Source: an uncultured beta proteobacterium
GTDB lineage: Bacteria > Pseudomonadota > Gammaproteobacteria > Burkholderiales > SG8-39
Length of the DNA: 64,000 nucleotides
Direction of reading: 5' to 3'
Assembly (NCBI GenBank): GCA_963827595.1
Contig: CAWHBT010000004.1
Coordinates: forward strand, 19,730-83,729
Shown here piece by piece: positions 1-8,591 of the stretch (its first letter is position 1; the number at the start of each line of letters is the position of its first letter). The notes beneath the pieces were generated by a model. The model ran no database searches. It was not told where the DNA came from and was given only the letters and a program-made list of their open reading frames with translations. A program made the translations under genes and the position numbers.

Positions 1-276
1 GTTGCTCGCGGGAGCCACGCGCCACTCCCCGACCTTGAGTTGGCGCGCGGTCTCGGACGGTCGGCCGTGACTCTCTGCTAGCACCGGAGGGGCCTCGGGA
101 CGAGCGTAGGGGCCTGAATTCTCTACCCGATCATTTCCTGAGGAAAAGCTTAGGCAATCCGTCAGGACGGCCGACGGGCCCTCGCCTATCTGTTGGGCTG
201 TGCGGCCGGCGGTCCCGCCGTCCCGGCAATGCCGGGGCCCGAGCGCTGGCCGAGGTTCACCCCGAGGAGGATCACC

Positions 277-1902
277 ATGAAGCTGAAGACAGTTTACGCG
301 GCACTCGCGGCGGCCGCTTTTCTCACCGCTGCTTCCGGCCTCGTTGCGACCGACCTGCCCCGTCAGCCGGCGGCCGCCGAGACGCTGGGGCGTGTCGATT
401 TCCCCGTGTCGTGCATCCCCGAGGCGCAACGGCGCTTCAACCGCGCCATGCAGCTCTATCACAACTTCTACTTTCCCGAGACCCGGAAAGCCTTCGACGC
501 GGTGCTCGAGGCCGATCCCGCGTGTGCGATGGCGCACTGGGGCCACGCCATGGTCGTGATGGACAACCCTTTCCAGTGGCCGTTGCGCGGGAAGGGCCTC
601 GGTGACGGCTGGGCACGCATCGAGAAGGCGAGAGCGCTCGGGGCGAAGACCGAGCGTGAAGGCATGTACATCGCCGCGGTCGAAGCCTTCTTCCACAACC
701 CGGAGGGGGGCGTCAACCGCACGCGGCAGCTCGCGTACGAGGTAGCCATGGATGCGCTCGTGCGTCGTTACCCGTCCGACACGGAGGCGCAGATCCTGCA
801 TGCCCTCGCGGTTTCTGCGAACTTCGACCCGAACGACAAGAGCTACACCAACCAGAAGAAGGCCGCTGCAATCCTGGAGCCGATCTTCGCGAAGCAGCCG
901 GATCATCCGGGGGTCGCGCACTACATCGTCCACTCCTACGACTATCCGCCTATCGCGCACCTCGGCGTGCCAGCTGCACGCCGCTACTCGGAAATCGCCG
1001 CGTCCGCGCCGCACGCGCAGCACATGCCGTCGCACATCTTCACGCGCGTCGGCGCGTGGCAGGACTCGATCGCCTCGAACCGGACGGCCGCACGGATCGC
1101 CGCGGCCTCCGATCCGCGCCAATGGCTCCACGCCTCGGATTACCTCGTGTACGCCCACCTGCAGCTCGGACAGGAGCGCGAAGCGAAAGCCATCGTCGAT
1201 GTAGTGCTCGCGCTGAAGCGCGTGCCTGAGGAGAACTTCGTTGCCGCGCACGCGGTCGCCGCGATCCCTGCGCGCTACACGATCGAGCGCGGCCGCTGGC
1301 AGGAGGCTGCCCGACTCGCTCTGAGCCCGGCTGAGCCCGACTTCGCCTGGCAGCAATTCCCCCATGCCGAAGCCGTGTTGGTCTCCGCGCGCGGGCTGGG
1401 CGCCGCACGGTCCGGGGACGTTGCGGGCGCACACCGCGAGGCCGGGCGCCTCGCGAAGCTGAAGGAAGCGATGCTGGAAGGCAAGCTTCGCTACTGGGCC
1501 GACCAGGCGGACCTCCAGATCGGTGTCGTCAACGCCTGGATCGCGCGCGCCGAGGGCCGCAACGAGGAGGCGCTGCGGCTCATGCGCGCCGCGGCCGACC
1601 ATGAGGATTCGACCGAAAAGAACACCGTGACGCCGGGGCCAGTGAAGCCCGCGCGCGAGCTGCTGGGGGAGTTGCTTCTCGAGCTCGCCCGACCCGCGCA
1701 GGCGCTGCCAGAGTTCGAGGCGGCGATGCGCAAGGAGCCCAACCGGCTGCGCGGGCTCTACGGCGCCGCGCGCGCCGCGGAACTGGCCGGCGATGCGGGC
1801 AAGGCGCAGGAGTACTACGCGAAGCTCGCGGCCCTGGGCGCGACCGCCGACCCGGCGCAAACCGAGGTCGAGACGGCGAAGCGCTTCCTCGCGCGCAGGT
1901 GA
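277..1902 (+). CDS. Exported TPR-like alpha-helical repeat protein (His-rich conserved-hypothetical family)
   Basis: AGGAGG RBS precedes ATG at 277; signal-peptide-like N-terminus; LGRVDFPVSC, HPGVAHYIVH, PHAQHMPSHIF motifs; TPR-like C-terminus. Confidence 0.7.
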   Translation: MKLKTVYAALAAAAFLTAASGLVATDLPRQPAAAETLGRVDFPVSCIPEAQRRFNRAMQLYHNFYFPETRKAFDAVLEADPACAMAHWGHAMVVMDNPFQWPLRGKGLGDGWARIEKARALGAKTEREGMYIAAVEAFFHNPEGGVNRTRQLAYEVAMDALVRRYPSDTEAQILHALAVSANFDPNDKSYTNQKKAAAILEPIFAKQPDHPGVAHYIVHSYDYPPIAHLGVPAARRYSEIAASAPHAQHMPSHIFTRVGAWQDSIASNRTAARIAAASDPRQWLHASDYLVYAHLQLGQEREAKAIVDVVLALKRVPEENFVAAHAVAAIPARYTIERGRWQEAARLALSPAEPDFAWQQFPHAEAVLVSARGLGAARSGDVAGAHREAGRLAKLKEAMLEGKLRYWADQADLQIGVVNAWIARAEGRNEEALRLMRAAADHEDSTEKNTVTPGPVKPARELLGELLLELARPAQALPEFEAAMRKEPNRLRGLYGAARAAELAGDAGKAQEYYAKLAALGATADPAQTEVETAKRFLARR

Positions 1903-1913
1903 GGCGCGCGATC

Positions 1914-1941
1914 TCCTGGCCCGGCGGTCGCCGGGCCAGGA
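1914..1941 (+). terminator. GC-rich hairpin after the TPR gene
   Basis: TCCTGGCCCGGC-GGTC-GCCGGGCCAGGA, perfect 12-bp stem; no clear U-tract. Confidence 0.45.
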
Positions 1942-1955
1942 AGCTGCGAATTCCC

Positions 1956-2150
1956 TTAGCCCGAGCGCTTGGGGCCTTCGCGCGCCGACGCGAACGGGCC
2001 TTTCACCTTGCGCCAACCGTTCTGGAAGGCGTCGCGTCGCCCGCCCGAAGCTGCGCGCGCCGTCGCGGATGTCACGCCCGGCGCGATGGACGCCCTCCCG
2101 GGTCTGCGACCAGGCGTCCTTCACGTCCTGGTTGAAACCCGAGCTGTCGG
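1956..2150 (-). pseudogene. Possible remnant of a small amphipathic protein gene
   Basis: Minus strand reads DVKDAWSQTREGVHRAGRDIRDGARSFGRAT, then after a 1-nt shift DAFQNGWRKVKGPFAS; no start identified. Confidence 0.3.
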
Positions 2151-2608
2151 AATGCTTCGCCGGCTCGGCGCGCCAGATGCCTTGGCAACCGAACATTACG
2201 ACCCAGCGAAGGCGGCAATCGAGGCGAGATCCAAGTACGACGCGCAGGCCGCGCTCTACCTGTTGCGCTCCGACATGGAACGGATGCGAATCAATGCCCC
2301 GACGATGATGGCGGCGCGCGCGCTTATACGGTGTGAGCAACGCTTTAGACAGAGAAGACTGGGGCATCCTCGAGTTGAAAGGAAGCTAGGGTCGTCCCTG
2401 AGCTGAGGAACGCACCGCCGACACATTGCGCCCAACGCAAGGACGGGCGCGCGTTCAGCGTAGGGCCGCTCAGCTTGAACGTTTGAGCCACGTCTGAGCG
2501 TCTGCTTTCAGCTAACGCGAAGGTCCGGAAAGGGTCGATAGCGCCATCGAACGACCGCTCTCGGCAACGTGGTGGTACAGCCGGTCTTGGCCGCTTCGCG
2601 ACGCCCCG

Positions 2609-3136
2609 TTAGAGCTTCGCCCTATCACCCTTGCGCCACTCCCAGGGCGGCACCGGGTTCGCGTCCACCCACAACCCGCGCTTCCGCCTTCGCAGCCTCC
2701 TCCGCGGCCTGGTACGCCTGCCGCTCTTCGGGCGTCTGCTCGTTCGCGTACTCCCGGAACCACCACGCCATGCCGGCACGGATTTGCTCTAGGCCGGCGT
2801 CCTGTCCTGCGCCGATGAAGACGCGGCAAACGTCGCGGCCGTAACGATCTCGCTTGTAGCAGCGCGCCTCGACGAGCCGTGTAAACGTCAGTTGGGCGAG
2901 GTTCCGCTTCGCGGCGTCGCCGTACGGCTGCCGGCGCTCGGGGGCGTCGATGCCGGCGATACGGACCCTGTGCTGCTTCTCCTCGGAGTCGAGCCCGTAA
3001 TCGTGTCGCCGTCGCTAACGCCGACGACGCGGCCCTCGAGCGTCCACGGGGCGGCAAGTGGCGAGAGGGAGAAGACGGCGAGGACGAGCGCGCAGGCTCG
3101 CGTGGCAAGCCACCGAGGTCTGTAGCCTTGCAGCAT
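2609..3136 (-). pseudogene. Thermonuclease (SNase-like) family gene with two frameshifts
   Basis: Three frames join as GRVVGVSDGDTIT / LDSEEKQHRVRIAGIDAPE..DRYGRDVCRV..AGMAWWFREY / RGLWVDANPVPPWEWRK; shifts near 2995 and 2685. Confidence 0.8.
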
Positions 3137-3194
3137 GGCAGGAGGCTACTTCAACCCCTGGCCGGGCGTGGCCGAGCGTAATTGCCGGGTCTGT
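3135..3194 (+). repeat. 4-Cys gene repeat, copy A (5' half only)
   Basis: ATG GCA GGA GGC TAC TTC AAC CCC TGG..AAT TGC CGG GTC TGT (MAGGYFNPWPGVAERNCRVC) aligns with 4581-4634. Confidence 0.8.
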
Positions 3195-3393
3195 GGACTA
3201 CTCAGCCGAGCGCATCGCCGAGTCGCTCGACCTTGCACTCGGCTTCGTCGCCGACGCCACGCCCGGCTTGCCGCAGGTCACCATCCACCTGCTCCCCACC
3301 TTGATGGGGTCCGAGTGCTTGCGGTAGCCATGTGGCTCGATCTCGAGGATCGCAAGGCGTACCGCGTCTTCCGTTTCACCGGACAAAAGAACA

Positions 3394-4414
3394 CTTGATT
3401 ACCAATGAGCCTCAGCCAACTTTACGAGCCGGTAAGGCATGGGCGGCGTCGCGGCGGCGGCCGCTCCAAGCCGTTCGAGCATGCCCGCGAGGTCGAAGCG
3501 TTGGTTGAAGCGCCAGCAGAACTCGGCGAGGTAGCGAGGCAAGTGCTTGGCCCGGATCGCATGGTAGGTGCCGTGCATCGCGTTCTTTACATTCCCGAGC
3601 ACCGTGTCGACCCACCGCAGCCGCCGGCGTGCCCGCGGCGAGGCGCTGGTGGCCACGGGCTGATGGGTGCAGTTCGCCTCGGTCACTGCGGTAAAGCAAC
3701 TCAGCGCATCGGAGCGCACCGTGCTGCCGGCCACCAGATGGCGTCGGCTCCAGAGCGCGATCTCGCGCTGGCGAAATGCCCGCAGTCGGCTCAGCCGCGC
3801 GCGGCGTGGCCGACCGCGCCGATCGGTCTGAACGGCCACCAGAAACGGGGTCTTGCCCCGGGCGCCGCGACCGCGCTTGCCGCCGCGCCGACGTCCACCC
3901 CAGTAGGCATCGTCGAGCTGCACCAGCCCGCGCAGCCGCCGTCCGGCCTCGCGCTCGGCCATCACCTGCATGAGCTTGTGCTTCATCAGCCAGGCGCTGT
4001 TGTAGGACACCCCGAGCGAGCGCGCCAACTCCAGCCCCGAAATCCCGTTCTTGGCCTGGCTGAGCAGGTACATGGCCAGAAACCACAGCCGCAGCGGCAG
4101 CTTCGCCGCGGCGAAGATCGTGCCGCTGGTGAGGGAGCTCTGGCGATGGCAGCGATGGCACTGCAGGAGCTTGCGGCTCTCCAGCCAGCAGTAGCCCTCG
4201 TAGCCGCATCCGGGACAGCGAAACCCCTGCGGCCAGCGCCACTCAAACAGCGCATCCTCGCACTGCTCTTCGGTGCCGAAGCGCTGCACGAATTCGGCCA
4301 AGCTCATGCCCTTCTGAAACTGAACCCTGTTTTTCGGCATCGCGTATCTCCTTGTCCAATCACGCGATGCCAGTGTGCTACTGGCTCACTAGCTGAGCCT
4401 CGTGGGTAACCAAG
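3394..4414 (-). mobile_element. IS1595-family insertion sequence (1021 bp)
   Basis: 23-bp imperfect TIRs: CTTGATTACCAATGAGCCTCAGC and reverse complement CTTGGTTACCCACGAGGCTCAGC (19/23); 8-bp TSD AAAGAACA at 3386-3393 and 4415-4422. Confidence 0.95.
3399..4340 (-). CDS. IS1595-family DDE transposase
   Basis: RWPQGFRCPGC zinc ribbon, LDDAYWGG, RSDAL, YLAEFCWRFNQR motifs. Confidence 0.95.
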   Translation of the reverse strand: MPKNRVQFQKGMSLAEFVQRFGTEEQCEDALFEWRWPQGFRCPGCGYEGYCWLESRKLLQCHRCHRQSSLTSGTIFAAAKLPLRLWFLAMYLLSQAKNGISGLELARSLGVSYNSAWLMKHKLMQVMAEREAGRRLRGLVQLDDAYWGGRRRGGKRGRGARGKTPFLVAVQTDRRGRPRRARLSRLRAFRQREIALWSRRHLVAGSTVRSDALSCFTAVTEANCTHQPVATSASPRARRRLRWVDTVLGNVKNAMHGTYHAIRAKHLPRYLAEFCWRFNQRFDLAGMLERLGAAAAATPPMPYRLVKLAEAHW

Positions 4415-4580
4415 AAAGAACATTCAACCCGAAATCGGTGACTTTGACGCTCATGGATTCCTCCCCTGTATGGCGGCCCTATGCCGCCTTCTTGAGCAGT
4501 GACGGCTGACCCGCCACCGCTTGAACGTCGATTGTCCCGCAGCATCGACCCCATGCCTGTGATGGACTTCTCGTTGAACC

Positions 4581-4748
4581 TCAGGCTACTTGACCCCCTG
4601 GCGGGGCGTCTCCGAGCGCAATTGCCGGGTCTGTCGGCACGCGACCGGAACGCAGGACGGCTGGCACCTATGGTGCGCCCGGCACCGGATCGTGGTTGTG
4701 TTCCCGTGCGGACTGTGGGAGCGGGAGCCGGGCACGGACGTGTTCTGA
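4581..4748 (+). repeat. 4-Cys gene repeat, copy B (nearly full length, no ATG)
   Basis: Reads SGYLTPWRGVSERNCRVCRHATGTQDGWHLWCARHRIVVVFPCGLWEREPGTDVF*; in-frame TGA at 4575 immediately upstream. Confidence 0.85.
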
Positions 4749-4869
4749 ATGCCGTCTCGCGGATCGAAAGCGTGCAGATTGCCGCTTTCGACGTGGGCGA
4801 TCGGCGCGCCGGGGTCTAAATATCTGTGCGGGGATGATCCCCGCGAACGACTTTCAGAAAGGATCGAAG

Positions 4870-5103
4870 ATGCGGAAGACCACCATCACCAGCGACGAGC
4901 TACAAGCCCAGTTCCGAGAACGGATGAAGGGCCGCCTCGACGGCGACTGTGACGACTGCGCCCTGTCCGTTTACGGGCCACAAGCGCCTGACGCAGAGGG
5001 GTCTAACTGGTCGCCCACCGGGTACTTCAGGTGTTCTCAGGTGTGTAACGATGAGATCCGCGCTGTAGTCCAGGAGCTGCGCGCGCTGTTCAACGTGAGC
5101 TAA
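4870..5103 (+). CDS. Small Cys-containing hypothetical protein (77 aa)
   Basis: ATG at 4870 after AAAGGA; DGDCDDC..PDAEGSNW..VVQELRALFNV pattern; flanked by a 16-bp direct repeat. Confidence 0.6.
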   Translation: MRKTTITSDELQAQFRERMKGRLDGDCDDCALSVYGPQAPDAEGSNWSPTGYFRCSQVCNDEIRAVVQELRALFNVS

Positions 5104-5287
5104 GGGCCGCGTCTCACGGCCCGCCGCTGGGCGATCGGCGCGCGCCGAACGGCCCCCGGCGAGTCGACCGGACGCCGAGCCTGGCCCCGAAATTAGTTGA
5201 CAGTCGTTTACTGTCGTCGCGCTCGAGACGCGCTAGGCTGTGCCGGTTCACCGGCTCCTAGGCGCGCGCCTGGGACGCGGGGGCTAG

Positions 5288-5563
5288 ATGAAGGTGACAG
5301 CCACGATGATCGGCACCACCGGGGACTGCACGCTCTCGGCTGTGGTGCGGTGTTTGGGAGGCCGCTTCTACGGCGAAGCCCGCGCCTTCGATCACCCCGA
5401 CCCCGCCATTACGATTCCATCAGGGACCAGACCGAAGCACGTCGTGCAGGCTGAGGGCGCCTCAAGAGCAGACGCGATCCAGGCTCTCGAGGTGGCCCTT
5501 GTCGCGCAGATAGGCCCGCTGAATTGGGTGCGGTGGAGCCTCGTCTCGGGCAAGGCCGGCTAA
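5288..5563 (+). CDS. Hypothetical protein (91 aa)
   Basis: ORF with protein-like composition; no recognised motif. Confidence 0.45.
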   Translation: MKVTATMIGTTGDCTLSAVVRCLGGRFYGEARAFDHPDPAITIPSGTRPKHVVQAEGASRADAIQALEVALVAQIGPLNWVRWSLVSGKAG

Positions 5564-5775
5564 GAGGCTTGCCGTGGCACCGCCCCGGTCGGTTGACCTC
5601 AAACAAGAACGCTTGGACACGGCGTTAAAGCTCGCCGTGCTGGTGCTGCAGGCGTGGGCAGCCTGGATGTTGAGCACTCTTCTAGCGCGCTCCCGTGGGT
5701 ATCAGTATGTTGTGAAACTGGCTATCTTTGTAGTCGCAAAGTCAGGGAGCGGGCTGATCAACCTGCCAAGGATGA

Positions 5776-6111
5776 ATGATGAGATATCCGAACGGGAGCT
5801 ACGGGAGAACCGCCCTGGTGATCACGGCCGCGCTCGGAGCAGCGATGCTCTTGCGACCGCCCGAGGCCGCCGGTCAAGAAACGTGCGGCGGTTTGCGCGA
5901 CGAGGGTCTCGTCGCGAAGGTGCAGGCGAAGTTGTTGCTCAGTCCACTATGGGCCAAGGTCGGAAGCCTTGTCGTCACGTCGAAGGAATGCGTGGTGACG
6001 CTCGCCGGAACCGTACCTGCACAGGAAAACATCGTTGACGCCGAGCGCATCGCGGCCAGCGTTCAGGGCGTCCGCAGAATTCGTAACACACTCCGGGTCG
6101 CGTCCCAGTAA
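5776..6111 (+). CDS. BON-domain (OsmY-like) exported protein
   Basis: Hydrophobic N-terminus; DEGLVAKVQAKLL..VVTLAGTV..AERIAASVQGVRRIRNTL. Confidence 0.8.
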   Translation: MMRYPNGSYGRTALVITAALGAAMLLRPPEAAGQETCGGLRDEGLVAKVQAKLLLSPLWAKVGSLVVTSKECVVTLAGTVPAQENIVDAERIAASVQGVRRIRNTLRVASQ

Positions 6112-6131
6112 GTCACATCGTTTTCGACCCC

Positions 6132-6233
6132 TCGATCGGCACACCCGACGGCTGGCATCTATGGTGCGCACGTCACCGGGTCGTGGTGGTATTCCCGTGC
6201 GGGCTGTGGGAGCGGGGGCCGGGGCGGATGACG
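6132..6233 (+). repeat. 4-Cys gene repeat, copy C (3' half)
   Basis: SIGTPDGWHLWCARHRVVVVFPCGLWERGPG, then a 1-nt deletion before ADD. Confidence 0.85.
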
Positions 6234-6237
6234 CTAT

Positions 6238-6612
6238 TCAATACCGGAAGAGTCCCATCCCGGCGCCGAAGCCTATTCGGTAGGACGCGGACTCGCCAGC
6301 CTTCAGCCGGTACTCCGCGGAGACAGTTCCGCCCGGACACGGCAGGGCTTGGCGAGCGACGATGACACCCTCTTTCGGCTCCAGGCGCAGTTCGACCTTT
6401 TGGCCAGGCCAAAGCGATCCGGCGGAGCGTCCATCAACGGTGATGCTCACCGGACAAGCGCCGTGGCTAAGTCCCGGGTCGCGAACGATCACCAGATGGG
6501 CCGCGCCAGAGGCAAACCCGGGGGCAGACACGGACTCTGCTTGGGAGGGCACGAGCGGCTCCGTGGCACAACCGGCGAGAACGACGGTGAGGAGGACGTG
6601 CCACGTCTTGAC
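6238..6612 (-). pseudogene. Lipoprotein gene lacking a start codon
   Basis: Frame extends upstream of 6552 as VKTWHVLLTVVLAGC-ATEP (lipobox LAGC, Cys codon 6570-6568); no ATG/GTG/TTG upstream of the lipobox. Confidence 0.6.
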
Positions 6613-6619
6613 ACCGAGT

Positions 6620-6960
6620 GTCGAGAACCTGTTCCGCCCTGAACTTGGGGCCGCGCAGCCCGAGCAGCAGCGCTACCAGCAAAAGCTCGCCCTGCTCGCT
6701 GCGGTCATCAACCAGGTGGCTGCCGACGTGGTGGCGTTGCAGGAAATCGGCGGCGATCAACCGCTTTTTGATCTGCAGCAGGCTCTCGGCGGGACATTTC
6801 CGCACTGGGTGATCTCGAACTTTCCAGATGCCCAGGGTATTCGGGTTGCGTTCCTGTCGAAGTTCGCCATCGTGAATGCGGCGCACATCGTCGAGTCCCC
6901 CCCGGTCCGGCGCTGGACATCCGTGGCCTGTCGGACACTGGCGAATCGATCCCAGTCGCG
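6620..6960 (+). pseudogene. Fragment of an endonuclease/exonuclease/phosphatase-family gene
   Basis: VENLFRP..ADVVALQEIG..GIRVAFLSK motifs; truncated at both ends. Confidence 0.65.
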
Positions 6961-7182
6961 GGGGCGCGGCACCCTCGAAGGCGATCGCCTGGCACTGCGG
7001 ATACCCGAGGCCGATCGCCTCTCGGCCTCGCAAGTGGGTACGTTTGCGGGTATCTCCCAGACCGCGTTACCAACAATTCACGTCCCCATAGCCACTTGGT
7101 GCAGGCGGTCGCGACTTTGCGCGAAAGGGGCTGCTCTACGGTAGATCCGGGCCGGAGAAGGAAAGCCACTACTAGTACGACT

Positions 7183-7383
7183 TCATCGGCAAGTCACAAT
7201 CCGGTCGCCAACGACGCGGCACGTAGATTCCCGCGTCTCGATGTTTCGCTCGGCCGGGCTCATGCCGCTGTGCATGTCCTGCGGACGGGATAGTCCTCCC
7301 ATGCCTTCCGCTGCGAGCAGCATCAGAATTACGAACAAACACACCAACAGCGTGAGAGCAAGCGCTGCGAGGATGCGAGTCAT
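7183..7383 (-). CDS. Small membrane-anchored/exported hypothetical protein
   Basis: Hydrophobic N-terminus; C-terminal CRVVGDRIVTC. Confidence 0.45.
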   Translation of the reverse strand: MTRILAALALTLLVCLFVILMLLAAEGMGGLSRPQDMHSGMSPAERNIETRESTCRVVGDRIVTCR

Positions 7384-7640
7384 GGCGCGTGTCTCTTACC
7401 AAAGGACCTTTGTAGCCATTCCTAGCGCTGCAGAACGCAAACTTGTGTGAAACCATGTGACTAAAGGCGCGCGACGTGACGCGAAGAAGGACTCGTACCC
7501 TCGACCGTCGGCCAATCAACAGTGCCAACGCTCTCCGATCTTTGACTGTCGGCGCATGCAAGAGGGGATAGGCTTTTCTTGCCGGCGCGCCAGCTCGCCT
7601 TGACCCACGGGCGCGCCGAGGATAGGAGCGACCCGCTGCG

Positions 7641-7757
7641 ATGATCTCGAAACCGGCACCGATCTACGACGACGCCATGCGCGCGGTCTGGCAGGACGTG
7701 CGCGTGGTAGCGCTAGTTGCGACAGTCGCGTTTTTGCTCGCGATCTTGCCTATCTGA
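7641..7757 (+). CDS. Possible 38-aa membrane peptide
   Basis: AGGAG upstream; MISKPAPIYDDAMRAVWQDVRVVALVATVAFLLAILPI*. Confidence 0.3.
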   Translation: MISKPAPIYDDAMRAVWQDVRVVALVATVAFLLAILPI

Positions 7758-7815
7758 AGTACCCCGCGAGCAAAGCTGGATGGCCCAGCGGTACGTAAGG
7801 AGGAAATGACTATGC

Positions 7816-7884
7816 CTGTGGTGCGAGCGTCACCGGATCGTCGTGGTATTCCCGTGCGGGCTGTGGGAGCGGGAGCCGGGTGCT
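7816..7884 (+). repeat. 4-Cys gene repeat, copy D (3' part)
   Basis: LWCERHRIVVVFPCGLWEREPGA. Confidence 0.85.
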
Positions 7885-7920
7885 ATAGTGGAGTAGCGGG
7901 CAGTCGCAGAGGAGCGACGC

Positions 7921-8313
7921 ATGTCAATCCACAACCTTTGCCTGTTGCCGATGGTTCTGCTCGCGAGCGCCTGCGCGCAGTTCGCCGCACAGTTCGCGCT
8001 CACGCGCTACCAGCTCGATCTCAACCCCATCATCGGAACGGCGACCCGGGAAGACATCGCGCAGCGATATGGGCCGCCAAAGGAGCGGCAGAGGATAGGA
8101 GCATCGGAAGTATGGACGTATCACATCTCCCATGGGTACTCCGCTGTGAGCCGCGTCTCCCCCTTCGGCACGCCGCATGATTTCAACAGCAACGCCTGGG
8201 GCGTTGCCTCCGCCCACGCCGTGACGCAGTCGCGCGAGGAGTACGACCGCCTCACCCTCAGGTTCCGCAACGACGGCGCGCTGGACTCGTGGCGCGTTTA
8301 CGTGCAGCGTTGA
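7921..8313 (+). CDS. Putative lipoprotein (SmpA/OmlA-like pattern)
   Basis: GAGGAG RBS; LLASAC lipobox-like; ATREDIAQRYGPP..EVWTY..LTLRF pattern. Confidence 0.6.
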   Translation: MSIHNLCLLPMVLLASACAQFAAQFALTRYQLDLNPIIGTATREDIAQRYGPPKERQRIGASEVWTYHISHGYSAVSRVSPFGTPHDFNSNAWGVASAHAVTQSREEYDRLTLRFRNDGALDSWRVYVQR

Positions 8314-8335
8314 GAATCGGCGCCCTGGCGCCAAC

Positions 8336-8433
8336 ACGCCCGACGGCTGGCATCTACCCATGGTGCGAACGCCACGAGCTCGTGGTCGTGTTCCCCTGCG
8401 GGCTGTGGGAGCGGGAGCCGGGAGCGGACGAAT
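8336..8433 (+). repeat. 4-Cys gene repeat, copy E (3' half, 4-nt insertion)
   Basis: TPDGWHL(+CCCA)WCERHELVVVFPCGLWEREPGADE. Confidence 0.85.
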
Positions 8434-8591
8434 CGGAGAAGCAGTTGCCGCCCGACCTCGCGCTCCGGCTGCTCGAAACGCGCTCGAGAGGGGCCTTCTG
8501 CCACGGCGCAGGAGGCCCGCTGGCGGGCGATCGGCTCCTGGAGGCCCCGGAGGGTAGGCGAGTCAAAGGCCTGTCTGGGCGGGTCCAGCGG

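Larger units (their letters stand above)
3198..4454 (-). pseudogene. Small hypothetical gene interrupted by the IS
   Basis: Removing the IS and one TSD restores the frame MSVKVTDFGLNVLLSGETEDAVRLAILE.. from ATG at 4454, preceded by a GGAGG RBS. Confidence 0.7.

Noticed and set aside
7-17. GGGAGCCA resembling the tRNA-Asn 3' end as the far att site
   Set aside because: Only ~8 bp and inverted relative to the tRNA; the island's other boundary is probably outside the window
1969-2406. 145-aa plus-strand ORF
   Set aside because: No recognisable motif or RBS; overlaps a more protein-like minus-strand remnant
2430-2615. Possible integron attC sites (GCCCAAC..GCTCAGCTTGAACGTT and GCTAAC..GTTAGAG)
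   Set aside because: Ends do not fit RYYYAAC/GTTRRRY pairs, internal complementarity is poor, and no intI is present; the 4-Cys repeats are not palindromic either
4581-8433. Repeats read as a CRISPR array
   Set aside because: Units are 60-170 bp, spaced 0.45-1.6 kb apart and diverge at codon third positions; no cas genes
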